Shown here one piece after another: positions 31,950 through 43,883 of a stretch of 64,000 nt of DNA. This DNA comes from Candidatus Vesicomyidisocius sp. Pext_18_S21 (lineage in GTDB: Bacteria; Pseudomonadota; Gammaproteobacteria; PS1; Pseudothioglobaceae): positions 511,798 through 575,797 of the forward strand of contig CP072535.1 in assembly GCA_021730165.1 (NCBI GenBank), in the 5' to 3' direction. The translations under genes and the position numbers were made by a program. A model generated the notes under the pieces. The model was not told the DNA's origin. It ran no database searches and saw only the letters and a list, made by a program, of their open reading frames with translations. Within the stretch, counting starts at the first letter, position 1. Every line of letters starts with the position of its first letter.

Positions 31950-33830
31950 ATGAATAGCTATGACTCTTCCTCTATTGAAGTTTTAACAGGTCTTGAACCA
32001 GTACGTAAACATCCAGGCATGTACACTGAAACTGAATGTCCAAATCACCTTGCTCAAGAAGTTATTGATAATAGTGTTGATGAGGCAATTGCAGGATATG
32101 CTTCAAAAATTAACGTTGTTTTATATAAAAATAATTCATTATCTGTTGAGGATAATGGTCGAGGTATACCTATAGATATTCACCCTAAAGAAGGTAAATC
32201 AGGTGTTGAAGTGATCTTAACAAAACTTCATGCGGGTGGAAAATTTTCAAATGACTTATACCAATTTTCAGGAGGTTTGCACGGCGTTGGTATTTCAGTA
32301 GTTAATGCCCTATCTACTTTAGTAGAAGTTTGGATTAAAAGAGACGCTAAAGAGCATCACATAACTTTTTCAAATGGCTCTAAGAAAACAGAACTTAAAG
32401 TAATTCGTAAAGTAAATAAGCATAACACAGGCACTATCATTAAATTTAAACCTGATGCGCAATTTTTTGATAATATTAAATTCTCCGCAACTAAACTACA
32501 TAATAATCTACGTTCTAAAGCAGTTTTATGCCCAAATTTAGAGATTAATTTTTATAATGAAATAAACGCAAAAACAGATAAATGGATTTACAAAGCGGGT
32601 TTAGAAGATTATCTATCCAGATCTTTAGACGGCTTAGATTGTCTACCAACAGATCCTTTTGTTGTTAATTATAAAACTAACGAACAACAGCTTAATTGTT
32701 CAATTGCATGGACAAAGTATAATACTAATATTATAGCTGAAAGCTACGTTAATCTTATTCCAACAATTAGTGGTACACACGTTAATGGATTAAGGTCAGG
32801 GCTTACCGAAGCTTTAAAAGAATTTTGCAAATTTAGAAATTTAATCCCAAAAAATATTAAAATCACTCCTGATGACGTTTGGCAAAAAATTTCTTATGTA
32901 TTGTCCATTAAGATAATGGATCCACAATTTTCTGGACAAACTAAAAAAAGACTCTCTTCTAGAGGATCTGCTAGTTTTGTTGCAAATATAGTTAAAGACG
33001 CTTTTAGTATTTGGTTAAATCAACACACTAGCATTGCAAAAGAAATCGCTCAACTAGCTATTATAAATGCGCAAATAAAACTTAAAACTAACAAAAAAGT
33101 TATTCGTAAAAAAATAGTTAGTGGTCCTACCCTACCTGGAAAATTATCAGATTGTATTAGCATTGACCTTAATCAAACAGAAGTATTTCTAGTTGAAGGT
33201 GATTCTGCAGGTGGTTCTGCTAAGCAAGCAAGAAATAAAGAGTACCAAGCTATTTTACCCTTACGCGGTAAAATTTTAAATACTTGGGAAATTAATTCTG
33301 AACAAGTGCTTGCTAATAAAGAGATTCATGACATTAGCGTTGCAATTGGTCTTGAACCTAATAGTGAAGATTTATCTAATTTAAGATATGGTAAAATTTG
33401 TATTCTTGCCGATGCAGATTCAGATGGTGCACATATCGCTACATTAATTTGTACTTTATTTGTGAAACATTTTCCAAAACTTATTCAAGAGGGTCATATT
33501 TTTGTTGTAATGCCCCCTTTATATCGTATAGATGCAGGAAAAAAAGTTTACTACGCTCTTAATAATAATGAACGAGATACCATTATTAAGAAGGTAAAAA
33601 ACGAAAATAAACGTGTTAAAATTCAGGTTCAACGGTTTAAAGGATTAGGTGAAATGAATCCTTCTCAACTAAGAGAAACTACCATGTTACCCAATACTAG
33701 ACATTTAATCCAACTTACATCAAACAACCCATTACAAGTTTTTAAAACCATGGATATGTTGTTAAGTAAAAAACGCGCAGCTGATCGAAAAAAGTGGTTG
33801 GAAGAAAATGGAAATTTAGCTAATGTTTAA
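31950..33830 (+). CDS. parE: DNA topoisomerase IV subunit B
   Basis: 626 aa with ..IEVLTGLEPVRKHPGMYT.., ..EDNGRGIP.., Toprim ..LVEGDSAGGSAKQAR.. and ..PLRGKILN.. The length and the lack of the GyrB insertion favour ParE over GyrB. Confidence 0.9.
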   Translation: MNSYDSSSIEVLTGLEPVRKHPGMYTETECPNHLAQEVIDNSVDEAIAGYASKINVVLYKNNSLSVEDNGRGIPIDIHPKEGKSGVEVILTKLHAGGKFSNDLYQFSGGLHGVGISVVNALSTLVEVWIKRDAKEHHITFSNGSKKTELKVIRKVNKHNTGTIIKFKPDAQFFDNIKFSATKLHNNLRSKAVLCPNLEINFYNEINAKTDKWIYKAGLEDYLSRSLDGLDCLPTDPFVVNYKTNEQQLNCSIAWTKYNTNIIAESYVNLIPTISGTHVNGLRSGLTEALKEFCKFRNLIPKNIKITPDDVWQKISYVLSIKIMDPQFSGQTKKRLSSRGSASFVANIVKDAFSIWLNQHTSIAKEIAQLAIINAQIKLKTNKKVIRKKIVSGPTLPGKLSDCISIDLNQTEVFLVEGDSAGGSAKQARNKEYQAILPLRGKILNTWEINSEQVLANKEIHDISVAIGLEPNSEDLSNLRYGKICILADADSDGAHIATLICTLFVKHFPKLIQEGHIFVVMPPLYRIDAGKKVYYALNNNERDTIIKKVKNENKRVKIQVQRFKGLGEMNPSQLRETTMLPNTRHLIQLTSNNPLQVFKTMDMLLSKKRAADRKKWLEENGNLANV

Positions 33831-34515
33831 TGCTAAACATAAAATTAAAGCAGTTATTCTTTTATCTGGTGGATTAGATTCAACTACTACTTTAGCCATT
33901 GCTAAATCAAAAAAATTTGAATGCTATAGTCTAAGTTTTGATTATGGTCAAAAACAAAAATCAGAGTTACAATCCGCTAAAAATATCGCTAAAATTTTTA
34001 TCACATCTGAACACAGAGTGGTAAAGATATCATTATCTGACGTTAGTAAATCTGCTCTAACTAATGATAATATTGATGTACCAAGATTCTCTCAAAGCAA
34101 TAAAATTCCAATTACTTATGTACCTGCTCGCAATACTATTTTTCTATCTTATGCATTAGCATGGTCAGAAGTATTAAATTGTCAACATATATTTATTGGT
34201 GTTAATGAATTAGATTATTCAGGTTATCCTGATTGTAGAGAATCTTATATTAAGGCATTTGAAATAATGGCTAATCTTGCTACTAAACAAGCTATTGAAG
34301 GACAAAAATTAACTATTCACACTCCACTAATTCATTTGAATAAAGCACAAATTATCAAAAAAGGACTTTCTTTGGGTATTGATTATACGCTTACAACAAC
34401 ATGCTATCAAGCAGATAAAAATGGAAAAGCCTGTGGTATTTGTGATGCTTGTGAATATAGAAGGTTAGGTTTTAAAGAGGCAAGAGTGGCAGATCAAACT
34501 CGATATCAAATTTAG
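33823..34515 (+). CDS. queC: 7-cyano-7-deazaguanine synthase QueC
   Basis: 230 aa with PP-loop ..AVILLSGGLDSTT.. and the C-terminal zinc motif CGICDACEYR. It overlaps parE by 8 nt. Confidence 0.93.
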   Translation: MFNAKHKIKAVILLSGGLDSTTTLAIAKSKKFECYSLSFDYGQKQKSELQSAKNIAKIFITSEHRVVKISLSDVSKSALTNDNIDVPRFSQSNKIPITYVPARNTIFLSYALAWSEVLNCQHIFIGVNELDYSGYPDCRESYIKAFEIMANLATKQAIEGQKLTIHTPLIHLNKAQIIKKGLSLGIDYTLTTTCYQADKNGKACGICDACEYRRLGFKEARVADQTRYQI

Positions 34516-34623
34516 CATTATTTGTATAGAACATTCTAATAAAAAATTTTATAATTTAGTCTTATATACTTCTTTTTTGACGATAAAATAATAATTTTTT
34601 GTAAATAGTTAAGGAAATGACAA

Positions 34624-34848
34624 ATGAGTATTGAGCAAAGAGTAAAAAAAGTTGTAGCTGAACAATTGGATGTAAGCGGTGATGTTGATAACAACGCCTC
34701 TTTTGTTGATGATTTAGGCGCAGATTCTTTAGATACCGTTGAATTAGTCATGTCTCTTGAAGATGAATTTGAATGTGAAATTCCTGATGATCAAGCAGAA
34801 AATATTACTAATGTTCAACAAGCAATTGATTACGTTAGTAATTTGTAA
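34624..34848 (+). CDS. acpP: acyl carrier protein
   Basis: 74 aa with ..[14 protein letters not shown].. Confidence 0.97.
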   Translation: MSIEQRVKKVVAEQLDVSGDVDNNASFVDDLGADSLDTVELVMSLEDEFECEIPDDQAENITNVQQAIDYVSNL

Positions 34849-34868
34849 TTCTATTTATCAACTTAACA

Positions 34869-34905
34869 AGTAAGGCGCTTATTTCTTTGAAATAAGCGCC
34901 TTACT
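34869..34905 (+). terminator. 17-bp perfect hairpin between acpP and fabF (partial terminator or mRNA-stabilising stem)
   Basis: AGTAAGGCGCTTATTTC / TTT / GAAATAAGCGCCTTACT. No clear U-tract follows (ATATTTCCC). Confidence 0.4.
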
Positions 34906-34926
34906 ATATTTCCCAACAAAAATAAT

Positions 34927-36168
34927 ATGAGTAAAAGAAGGGTTGTTATTACAGGTATGGGTATAATTTGCCCAGTTGGTTTAAGTGTTAGCGAGGCTTG
35001 GGATAATATCCTTAAAGGCTACTCTGGTATTGCTTCGCTTACTAACATTAATACCAAAGGTCAATCAGTTACCTTTGGGGGCTCAGTCAAAAATTTTAAA
35101 GTCACTGACTATCTAAGACTTAAAGATGCTAAAAAAATGGACACCTTTATTCACTATGGTATGGCTGCTAGTATTCAAGCTATTGAAGACAGTGGTATTG
35201 AAGTTACTGAGAAAAATGCTTGTCGTATTGGTGTTGCCATTGGAGCTGGTATTGGTGGGCTCGGTACGATTGAAAAAACAGCGGATTTATTTAGAGAAAA
35301 AGGTGCAGGACGTATTTCACCTTTTTTTGTTCCTTCTTCAATTATTAATATGATTTCTGGCAACCTTTCTATTAAATATGGCTTAAAAGGACCTAATTTT
35401 GCTATTACTACTGCTTGCACTACAGGTACTCATAATATTGGGAATGCTTCTCGTTTAATTGAATATAATGATGCTGATGTGATGATTGCTGGTGGTGCTG
35501 AAATGTCAACTACCAATTGTGGTTTAGGTGGGTTTGCTGCAGCACGTGCATTATCTACTCGCAATGATGACCCAATAAGCGCCTCGCGGCCCTGGGATAA
35601 AGACAGAGATGGTTTTGTACTTGGTGATGGTGCAGGGGTTATAGTATTGGAAGAGTTTGAACACGCGAAGGCTCGTGGTGCAAAAATCTATGCACAAGTA
35701 TCAGGTTACGGCATGAGTGCGGATGCTTATCATATAACTTTACCTTCAAAAGGTGGCGAAGGTGCGGCTAGATGTATGCAAAATGCTATGAAGAACTCAG
35801 GTATTAATGTTGATGAAATCAATTATATTAACGCACATGGAACTTCCACACTAGTAGGTGACCAAGCAGAAACAGATGCTGTTAAATTAGCCTTTAAAGA
35901 ACAGCACGCTTATAATATTGTAATAAGTTCAACTAAATCAATGACTGGACACTTATTAGGTGCTTCTGGTGGAATTGAAGCTATCTTTACCACACTCGCA
36001 ATTCAAGACCAAGTGGTACCACCAACTATTAACATTATTAATCAAGATCCAAATTGTGATTTAGATTATTGTGCTAATGAAGCAAGAGAAATGACAATTA
36101 ACCATGCTATTTCTAATTCATTTGGATTTGGTGGTACCAATGGTTCAATTGTATTGAGCAGAATTTAA
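34927..36168 (+). CDS. fabF: 3-oxoacyl-ACP synthase II
   Basis: 413 aa with ..ITTACTTG.., ..NAHGTST.. and ..SNSFGFGGTN.. Confidence 0.95.
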   Translation: MSKRRVVITGMGIICPVGLSVSEAWDNILKGYSGIASLTNINTKGQSVTFGGSVKNFKVTDYLRLKDAKKMDTFIHYGMAASIQAIEDSGIEVTEKNACRIGVAIGAGIGGLGTIEKTADLFREKGAGRISPFFVPSSIINMISGNLSIKYGLKGPNFAITTACTTGTHNIGNASRLIEYNDADVMIAGGAEMSTTNCGLGGFAAARALSTRNDDPISASRPWDKDRDGFVLGDGAGVIVLEEFEHAKARGAKIYAQVSGYGMSADAYHITLPSKGGEGAARCMQNAMKNSGINVDEINYINAHGTSTLVGDQAETDAVKLAFKEQHAYNIVISSTKSMTGHLLGASGGIEAIFTTLAIQDQVVPPTINIINQDPNCDLDYCANEAREMTINHAISNSFGFGGTNGSIVLSRI

Positions 36169-36226
36169 TTCCTTTTATACAAACCTTCATCCAAAGTAGA
36201 AATCTAAAACTTACCTAAAGTATTGA

Positions 36227-36439
36227 TTATTTTACGGTTGAATCAACAACTTTAATTTTATTAGCATCAGATATTAACGACTCAATAAACTCATAAATTG
36301 CAATTGCACCATTCTGTACACTACTAAGTGCAACCCCTTTATTCATAACTAAAGACCAGCTTTCCTCAGTTTTAACAAACTTTATAGCACCACCAATCAA
36401 TGCTAAAATAATAATAGTACTGAGAATAAATTTAATCAT
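36227..36439 (-). CDS. hypothetical small membrane protein
   Basis: 70 aa with an N-terminal TM helix (IKFILSTIIILALIGGAI). Its start overlaps the prlC stop by 8 nt. I recognise no family. Confidence 0.4.
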   Translation of the reverse strand: MIKFILSTIIILALIGGAIKFVKTEESWSLVMNKGVALSSVQNGAIAIYEFIESLISDANKIKVVDSTVK

Positions 36440-38366
36440 GTTTCTCCTTAGTTAAATGAATAATACCATTTGCTTTTAATAGGGCGTTAATTGAGGGTTT
36501 TTCACCTCTGAACTTTATATATTGTTGCATAAAATCTAGACTACCTCCTGTCTGTAAAATATTATACAAGAAATCTTTAGAAGCAGCAGAGCCAATACCG
36601 CCTTTTTTTTTCACATAAAAATAAGCATCAGCTGCTAAAACTTCTGCCCATTTATAACTAAAATATCCTGCTGCATAGCCGCCACTGAAAATATGTTCAA
36701 AAGTATTTAAAAAACGATTTTCATTTATCATTGACATTAGAGCTGTTTTTCTTTGAACTTGTTTTAATATTGTGTAACTATCTATAGTAGACATGTGTGT
36801 TTTAAGATCCCACAATGCAAACTCACATTGTCGTAACATACTCAATGCTGAATTAAAGTTTTTAGAAGCAATAAGTTTGTTATACAATTCATTAGGTAAA
36901 GACTTCCTAGTTTTATAATGACTTGAGATAAGAGAAATCACTTGTTTTTCAAACACATAAAATTCCATATATTGACTAGGTAATTCAACGCCATCCCAAG
37001 GTACGCCAGATATCCCGCTAGCACAAGGGTATTTAACTTTAGTTAAAAGATGATGTAGAACATGCCCAAATTCATGGAATAGAGTAACAATCTCATCAAA
37101 TTCAAATAAAGCTGGCTTATCTTTAGTGGGAGAATTAAAGTTACAAACCACAAAAGCGACTGGTTTTTTATTATTAATCAAAGGTTGGTAATCTGTCATC
37201 CACGCACCAGAACGCTTGTTTTCTCTGGCATATAAATCAAGATAAATTCTACCAATAACTCCACTTTCATTATTAACATCTAAAACTTTAACATCAGCAT
37301 GGTAACTATTTTGTTGTATTTGCTTAATTTTAATTTTATACAAATTTTCAATAGTTAAAAATAATCCTTTTAATACGATATTCTCTGGAAAGTATGGTGT
37401 TAAATCAGATTTTTTGAATCCAAATTTTTGTTCTTTAAGTTTTTCACTATAAAATTCTAAATCCCAAGGCTTTAAATCAATACCTGAAAAAATCTTTAAT
37501 TCTTTCAATTCTAATTGTGCTTGAGATTTAGAATATTCTACTAAATCAGATAAAAACTGAACTACTTCATCGACAGTATTAACCATTTTAGATGTAATCG
37601 ATAATTGTGCATAATGCTCAAAACCTAAAATATTAGCCATTTCAGAACGTAATAATAAAATATCATCCATAATTGGTTTATTATTATAATTAGTTGAAGT
37701 AATACCCAAATCTGATGCCCTTGATATGTAGGCTATATAGACCTCTTCTCTTAAGTTTCTATTATCTAAATAAGTCATAACATCCATATAAACAGGAGTT
37801 TGTAAGCTTAACTCATAACCCTTATCTGTTTTAATCTTTACTAATTCATTATCACTATAACCTTTTAAATCATGTTTACCAATAATTTTTTTCCACTCAT
37901 TAGTAGACTTTAAAATATTTTTAGAAAATTCATTACTAAGCAAGCTAAGTTTTTCTTTGATGACTTTAAACCTATCTGCGTTTTTACCTTCTAAACCAAC
38001 ACCTGAAAGTTCAAAACTTTTTATGGCATCTTTAACAATATGTTGCTGTTGTTTGTTAAGGTTTCCTCCTCTGAGTGATTTATAAGCTTGATATAAGTCT
38101 TTATTAGTAGATACATCAGAATAAAAATTAGTGATAATTGGTAGTGTTTCTTCATATTTTTGATTAAATTCATCACTAAACATCACTGCATTTAAATGCG
38201 AATTAACACTGGTATGCTTTTCCAGTTCAAATTTCATTTGGTCAATAGGCATAACCACACTATCCCAATTAGTACCAAAGCTTGCTTTTTTTACTATCTT
38301 AAGCCCATTTATAGTTAGTCTTTCAATAGTTTTAATAATATTTTTAGGTTGAAAATTTGGTTTCAT
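36432..38366 (-). CDS. prlC: oligopeptidase A (M3 family)
   Basis: 644 aa with zinc motif HEFGHVLHH and M3 architecture. Confidence 0.88.
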   Translation of the reverse strand: MKPNFQPKNIIKTIERLTINGLKIVKKASFGTNWDSVVMPIDQMKFELEKHTSVNSHLNAVMFSDEFNQKYEETLPIITNFYSDVSTNKDLYQAYKSLRGGNLNKQQQHIVKDAIKSFELSGVGLEGKNADRFKVIKEKLSLLSNEFSKNILKSTNEWKKIIGKHDLKGYSDNELVKIKTDKGYELSLQTPVYMDVMTYLDNRNLREEVYIAYISRASDLGITSTNYNNKPIMDDILLLRSEMANILGFEHYAQLSITSKMVNTVDEVVQFLSDLVEYSKSQAQLELKELKIFSGIDLKPWDLEFYSEKLKEQKFGFKKSDLTPYFPENIVLKGLFLTIENLYKIKIKQIQQNSYHADVKVLDVNNESGVIGRIYLDLYARENKRSGAWMTDYQPLINNKKPVAFVVCNFNSPTKDKPALFEFDEIVTLFHEFGHVLHHLLTKVKYPCASGISGVPWDGVELPSQYMEFYVFEKQVISLISSHYKTRKSLPNELYNKLIASKNFNSALSMLRQCEFALWDLKTHMSTIDSYTILKQVQRKTALMSMINENRFLNTFEHIFSGGYAAGYFSYKWAEVLAADAYFYVKKKGGIGSAASKDFLYNILQTGGSLDFMQQYIKFRGEKPSINALLKANGIIHLTKEKHD

Positions 38367-38378
38367 AGTATACTAATA

Positions 38379-38467
38379 TGGTGGAAGGAGTGGGATTCGA
38401 ACCCACGATACCAAAAGGTATAACACACTTTCCAAGCATGCTCATTCATCCTCTCTGACATCCTTCC
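38379..38467 (-). tRNA. tRNA-Ser (anticodon GGA), CCA encoded
   Basis: The reverse complement folds by hand: GGAAGGA TG TCA GAGAGGATGAA TGA G CATGC TTGGAAA GTGTG TTATACCTTTTGGTATC GTGGG TTCGAAT CCCAC TCCTTCC ACCA. This gives a 7-bp acceptor stem, a long variable arm and a T-loop TTCGAAT. Confidence 0.9.
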
Positions 38468-38596
38468 AAAATTATATTAATCAATAATTTATGAGTGCCT
38501 TCTACATTTTTAACTTTGATAATTTTAGTAATTCGTAAATCAATCTAAATCATATCAATATTCTTAAGCTTATCCTGTATAAAAACTTGTATATCT

Positions 38597-40234
38597 TCAT
38601 TTTGAAGCTTCAATAATTCGATCAATTTGATCATCTTCAATGCGTAACATTAATGGTTTAAATGTATTAATTTGATGCTTGATCAAAGGATGTTTTAAAT
38701 CCTTCCAATGAAGTTCATCTATGTTTAAAAATTCTTCAACCTGTTTTGCCATAATAGGTAATACTGGCTTAAGATAAGTCATCAATACTCTAAATAAATT
38801 AATAGCGAGCGAAGTCACATCATGCACTTGTGTTTGTTTATTTTGTTTTTTTATCAACTGCCATGGCTTATGCTTATCAATATATTGATTGGCTTTATTG
38901 GCTAATTTTATAATAACACGCATAGCTTGGTTATAATTACGCGCCTCGTAATGTTTAGCAATAATATCTCCACAATCAAAAAATTCTTGATAAAACTTAG
39001 ATTCAGTAGTATAAGAGGATAATGTTTTGTTAAATTTATTAACAATAAATCCGGCACTACGTGAGGCAATATTAACTACTTTACCGACTAAGTCTGAATT
39101 AATACGTTGCTTAAAATCGATTAAATTTAGATCTATATCATCAATTTTAGAAGATAGCTTATAGGCGTAATAATAACGCAAATATTCAGGGTTTAAATAA
39201 TTAAGATAAGTTCTAGCCTGAATAAATGTACCACGAGATTTACTCATTTTTTTACCATTTATGGTTAGAAACCCATGTGCAAAGATTGCACTTGGTGTAC
39301 GATAATTCGAACCAATCAACATGGCTGGCCAAAAAAGTGCATGAAAATAAATAATATCTTTGCCAATAAAATGATAAAGTTCTGTGTTTGAGTCTTTGTT
39401 GAAGTATTCATTAAAATCAATATTTTGTTCATCGCATAATTTTTTAAAACTTGCCATATAACCAATTGGAGCATCTAACCAAACATAAAAATATTTACCT
39501 TCTACAGCAGGAATCTGAAAACCAAAATACGGTGCATCACGAGAAATATCCCATTGTTGCAAACCTTCTTCAAACCATTCAGATAGTTTATTGATAATTG
39601 CATCTTGCAAATGTCCTGCTTTAGTCCATTCTTTAAGTTGTACTTCAAATTGAGGCAAGTCAAAGAAGTAATGTTCTGAATCTTTTGTAATTGGAGTTGC
39701 ACCTGAAATAACAGATTTAGCATTTTTCAGTTCTATTGACGAATAAGTTGCGCCACAAACCTCACAATTATCACCATATTGCTCATTAGAACCACATTTA
39801 GGGCAATCACCTTTAATAAAACGATCAGGCAAAAACATTTGTTTTAAAGGGTCAAAAGCTTGTGAAACCATACGAGTCTTAATAAATCCAGCAACATTTA
39901 GCTTGTTATAAATATTAGTAGAAATATCTTTATTTTCCTGACTATGAGTTGAGTGATATTGACTAAAATCAATTGAAAATGATTGAAAATCTATTTGATG
40001 TTTATTACTCATATTTTTAATTAATACCTCAGGAGTAATATCAAGCTCATCTGCCTTAAGCATAATAGCTGTACCATGCGCATCATCTCCACAAACATAA
40101 TGACATTCGTTACCCATCATTTTCTGGAAACGCACCCAAATATCAGTTTGAATATATCCTAGCAAATGTCCTAGATGAATTTCACCATTAGCATAAGGTA
40201 GTGCTGAAGTAACTAGAATTTTTCGCGATGTCAT
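38597..40234 (-). CDS. metG: methionyl-tRNA synthetase (short form)
   Basis: 545 aa with ..[11 protein letters not shown].., KMSKS and CPKCG/CEVCG zinc knuckles. It lacks the C-terminal tRNA-binding domain of the E. coli enzyme. It ends in TGA. Confidence 0.95.
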   Translation of the reverse strand: MTSRKILVTSALPYANGEIHLGHLLGYIQTDIWVRFQKMMGNECHYVCGDDAHGTAIMLKADELDITPEVLIKNMSNKHQIDFQSFSIDFSQYHSTHSQENKDISTNIYNKLNVAGFIKTRMVSQAFDPLKQMFLPDRFIKGDCPKCGSNEQYGDNCEVCGATYSSIELKNAKSVISGATPITKDSEHYFFDLPQFEVQLKEWTKAGHLQDAIINKLSEWFEEGLQQWDISRDAPYFGFQIPAVEGKYFYVWLDAPIGYMASFKKLCDEQNIDFNEYFNKDSNTELYHFIGKDIIYFHALFWPAMLIGSNYRTPSAIFAHGFLTINGKKMSKSRGTFIQARTYLNYLNPEYLRYYYAYKLSSKIDDIDLNLIDFKQRINSDLVGKVVNIASRSAGFIVNKFNKTLSSYTTESKFYQEFFDCGDIIAKHYEARNYNQAMRVIIKLANKANQYIDKHKPWQLIKKQNKQTQVHDVTSLAINLFRVLMTYLKPVLPIMAKQVEEFLNIDELHWKDLKHPLIKHQINTFKPLMLRIEDDQIDRIIEASK

Positions 40235-40315
40235 AATAGGCTTATTAATATCAGGTGTGGATTATGTCATTATACGATAAAATATCTTAATTTTATTTAA
40301 TTGAATACAATAAAA

Positions 40316-41389
40316 ATGGAAAAATTAACAAACAAAAAAATTAAAAGGATTCTATCCAAGATAGTTGATATTTATACTAAACAAAATATTATCTCTTCAG
40401 ACAATATTAATATTGATGGTGATAAAGTTCAAATTAACATCGAACTTAATTATCCTGCTAACAGTTATCATACTACCTTATCTAATAGTATTACTGATGC
40501 ATTAACAAAAAATGGCATTAAAAATTCTAGTGTTGATATTAAAACTAAGATTGTTAAATACACAACACAAAAAGGCGTTGATACTCTGCCAGAGGTTAAA
40601 AATATTATTGCCGTTGCATCAGGTAAGGGCGGTGTCGGAAAATCAACTACTGCGGTCAATTTAGCGTTAGCATTACAAGCGGAAGGTGCTAAAATTGCTA
40701 TTCTAGATGCTGATATTTATGGTCCCTCTCAACCTAGAATGCTAGGAGTAAGTAAGATAAAGCCAGAATCTAGCACTGAAGGTAAATTATTACCTATTTT
40801 AGGTCATGGCATACAAAGCATGTCAATCGGTTATTTAGTTAAGGAAGACAATCCTATGATTTGGCGTGGTCCAATGATTACTCAAGCCCTAGAACAAATG
40901 CTAAGAGACACTTTATGGCGTGGTATTGATTATATGATCATTGATTTACCGCCAGGAACAGGTGATACACAACTAACTTTATCACAAAAAATACCAGTTA
41001 GTGGCTCTATAATTGTGACAACCCCTCAAGACATTGCACTAATTGATGCTAAAAAAGGCTTAAAAATGTTTGAAAAAGTTAATATACCTATTTTAGGTAT
41101 TGTTGAAAATATGTCTTTACACACTTGCTCTAAATGTGGATACGAAGAAGCTATTTTCGGCACAGGTGGTGGTAAAGCTATGGCAATTAACGAAGATATT
41201 GAATTTTTAGGTGCACTTCCCTTAAAAATAGATATTCAAACAGACGTTGACGAAGGTACACCAACCGTTACCAAAAACCCAGAAGGAAAAATAGCTAAAA
41301 TTTATAAAGAAATTGCCAAAAAGGTTAGTGCCAAATTAACCCAACAATCTCGTATAACTAATGCCTTCCCCAGTATTACCATCGAATAA
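40316..41389 (+). CDS. apbC: Fe-S cluster carrier ATPase ApbC/Mrp
   Basis: ..ASGKGGVGKST.. and ..HTCSKCG.. It is divergent from metG, as in E. coli. ATG at 40316; the ORF track starts at TTG 40301. Confidence 0.9.
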   Translation: MEKLTNKKIKRILSKIVDIYTKQNIISSDNINIDGDKVQINIELNYPANSYHTTLSNSITDALTKNGIKNSSVDIKTKIVKYTTQKGVDTLPEVKNIIAVASGKGGVGKSTTAVNLALALQAEGAKIAILDADIYGPSQPRMLGVSKIKPESSTEGKLLPILGHGIQSMSIGYLVKEDNPMIWRGPMITQALEQMLRDTLWRGIDYMIIDLPPGTGDTQLTLSQKIPVSGSIIVTTPQDIALIDAKKGLKMFEKVNIPILGIVENMSLHTCSKCGYEEAIFGTGGGKAMAINEDIEFLGALPLKIDIQTDVDEGTPTVTKNPEGKIAKIYKEIAKKVSAKLTQQSRITNAFPSITIE

Positions 41390-41662
41390 CCCTAAAATAG
41401 GTAAATATAGAAAAATTTCTTAGTATAATACAACAAAGAAGTTATTGTGTGCTAATATTAATTATTTAAAGTTAAAAATGATTGATGAAATAAATTTAAT
41501 CTTCATACTTAAAATATTGACTACTTTAGCATATTAAAAGTAAGGTTTATTTAGATCTTTTATTACCTATTGTCTTTTTATATGATAGTAAGATAATAGG
41601 CTGTTAACAATAGGTAGTAAAATACTATAAGTTTTTGCTATTGTTGTTAACATTAAACATTT

Positions 41663-42001
41663 TTAGTGGTTTTCGGAGACTTGGTTGATGGTGTATTTTG
41701 GTATTTCAATTACTAAGTCAGTATTACCTATAATTGTTTGACAAGATAAGCGAGAATCTGGCTCTAAACCCCAAGCTTTGTCCAATAAATCATCTTCAAT
41801 TTCATCTGATTCTTTTACTGAATTAAATCCCTCACGCAGATAAACATGACAAGTTGTACAAGCACTTGACATTTCACAGGCATGCTCAATTTCAACATCA
41901 TTAGCAAGTAGTGCATCACAAATACTAATACCTGATTGGATTTTAATAACAACTCCTTCTGGACATAATTCATGATGTGGTAATACAATAATTTGAGGCA
42001 T
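41663..42001 (-). CDS. fdx: ISC-type [2Fe-2S] ferredoxin
   Basis: 112 aa with ..CEMSSACTTCH.. It is the last gene of the isc-hsc cluster. Confidence 0.93.
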   Translation of the reverse strand: MPQIIVLPHHELCPEGVVIKIQSGISICDALLANDVEIEHACEMSSACTTCHVYLREGFNSVKESDEIEDDLLDKAWGLEPDSRLSCQTIIGNTDLVIEIPKYTINQVSENH

Positions 42002-42023
42002 ATGAGTTTCCTAAATATTTTTC

Positions 42024-43868
42024 CTAAAATTCATCAATATTGCGACCTTGTATAGCTTTCATAACAGAACTGTTCATACGCATCTCAACAAATTTTAAAC
42101 AACTATTCTCAAGATTTTCAATAGCGATTGAAATAGCTTTTTCATCATCAGAATGAACAATATTGAATAATGTATTCCTCGCATTTAAGATATTATTAAG
42201 CATTTTAGCATCAAGCATATTCTTGTCTTTTTTAATTGCTGAATCTATTGCTTCAATGGTTCTGTTTGCTTCTACTTGTATTTCATGAAGCTTTCTAGTT
42301 TGAATGTCAGTTTTAGCAAAAAGAAAAGAATCTTTAAGCATCTTTTCTTTTTGCACATCTGTTAGTCCGTAAGATGGCTTGATACTAATATTTGTTTTAA
42401 CACCTGATATTTGTTCAACTGCACTCACGGATAATAAACCATCAACATCTACTTGAAATTCTATACGAATACGAGCATTTCCTGCCACCATTGCTGGAAT
42501 ACCATATAAATCAAATTTAGCTAATGAGCGACAATCTCTCACCAATTCTCTTTCACCTTGTAATACATGAATACTCATAGCTGTTTGCCCATCTTTAAAG
42601 GTGGTAAATTCTTGTGCGCGAATAATAGGAATTGTAGTATTTCGATGAATTATTTTTTCCACTAATCCACCCATTGTTTCAAGTCCAAGTGACAATGGTA
42701 AAACATCTAATAACAATATGTCATTTTGTGATTTATTACCAGCTAGAATATTAGCCTGTATTGCTGCGCCCTTAGCAACAACTTCATCCGGATTAATAGA
42801 ACATAAAACTGGTTTATTAAATAAATCACTCACCATAGAACAAACTAATGGCATACGTGTAGAACCACCTACCATAATAATATCTTTAATGTTTTTAACA
42901 TCAACTTCTGCATCTCTAATAGCTTGTTTAGTTAACAATAAAGTGCGTTTAATAAGTACTTTAGCTAGAGTTTCAAATTTTTTCTTAGTAATACAATAAG
43001 GTTTTTTAACACAGTTAAATTCTGAAAATTCATAATTACTCAAAGTTTCTTTAGCAGTACGTGAAAATTGCTTAATTTCTTGCATTTGAATAGGTGTAAG
43101 TTCATCAATGCTTAACTGCTCAATACAATCATTAATAATTAGTTCGTCAAAATCATCTCCGCCTAAGGTAGCATCGCCACCTATTGCTAACACTTTGAAC
43201 ACACCTTTGCTAAAATTTAAAATCGAAATATCAAAAGTACCACCACCTAAATCATAAATAGCATGTATACCTTCTTCACCTGATTCCAAACCATAAGCAA
43301 CTGCTGCTGCTGTTGGTTCATTAAGCAAGCGTAAAGTTTTAAGTCCAGCTAAAGTTGCTGCATCTTTAGTTGCTTGACGTTGCGCATCATTGAAATAAGC
43401 TGGTACAGTAATTACTGCACCAGATAATACGCCATCCAGTGAATTTTCAGCTCTTTGTTTAAGTGAAGATAAAATACTAGCAGAAATTTCAACTGCAGAT
43501 AAATTTCCCATAGAGGTGTGAAATAATACATTATTTCCATTTTCAAGTAATTGATAAGGACAATTTTTAAATGTACTAACTTCTTCATAGCTCATACCCA
43601 TAAAACGTTTAATTGAAATAATAGTATTAGTTGGATCAGTTTTTGCATAAGGATAAGCATCACAACCAACCGTTAATTTATTATCCTTACCATAATGTAC
43701 AACTGAGGGTAAAATACCTTCATCATTCTCATCCATAATGACTTTACTTTGACCACTTATCACAGATGCAACTAGTGAATTTGTCGTACCTAAATCAATA
43801 CCAATCACTAATTTATGTTGATGTGGTTCTGACGCTTGACCGGGTTCTGATATTTGTAATAAAGTCAT
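42024..43868 (-). CDS. hscA: Fe-S assembly Hsp70 chaperone HscA
   Basis: 614 aa with ..GIDLGTTNS.. and ..DLGGGTFD.. Confidence 0.95.
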   Translation of the reverse strand: MTLLQISEPGQASEPHQHKLVIGIDLGTTNSLVASVISGQSKVIMDENDEGILPSVVHYGKDNKLTVGCDAYPYAKTDPTNTIISIKRFMGMSYEEVSTFKNCPYQLLENGNNVLFHTSMGNLSAVEISASILSSLKQRAENSLDGVLSGAVITVPAYFNDAQRQATKDAATLAGLKTLRLLNEPTAAAVAYGLESGEEGIHAIYDLGGGTFDISILNFSKGVFKVLAIGGDATLGGDDFDELIINDCIEQLSIDELTPIQMQEIKQFSRTAKETLSNYEFSEFNCVKKPYCITKKKFETLAKVLIKRTLLLTKQAIRDAEVDVKNIKDIIMVGGSTRMPLVCSMVSDLFNKPVLCSINPDEVVAKGAAIQANILAGNKSQNDILLLDVLPLSLGLETMGGLVEKIIHRNTTIPIIRAQEFTTFKDGQTAMSIHVLQGERELVRDCRSLAKFDLYGIPAMVAGNARIRIEFQVDVDGLLSVSAVEQISGVKTNISIKPSYGLTDVQKEKMLKDSFLFAKTDIQTRKLHEIQVEANRTIEAIDSAIKKDKNMLDAKMLNNILNARNTLFNIVHSDDEKAISIAIENLENSCLKFVEMRMNSSVMKAIQGRNIDEF

Positions 43869-43883
43869 TATTAATATTAATTA

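Noticed and set aside
41390-41662. iscX (yfhJ) downstream of fdx, or a small RNA in the 273-bp convergent gap.
   Set aside because: My minus-strand translation gives only 11-14-codon ORFs with no IscX-like acidic sequence. The only structures are loose AT-rich inverted repeats (TTACCTATTGT / ACAATAGGTAG; GTTAACAATAG / CTATTGTTGTTAAC).
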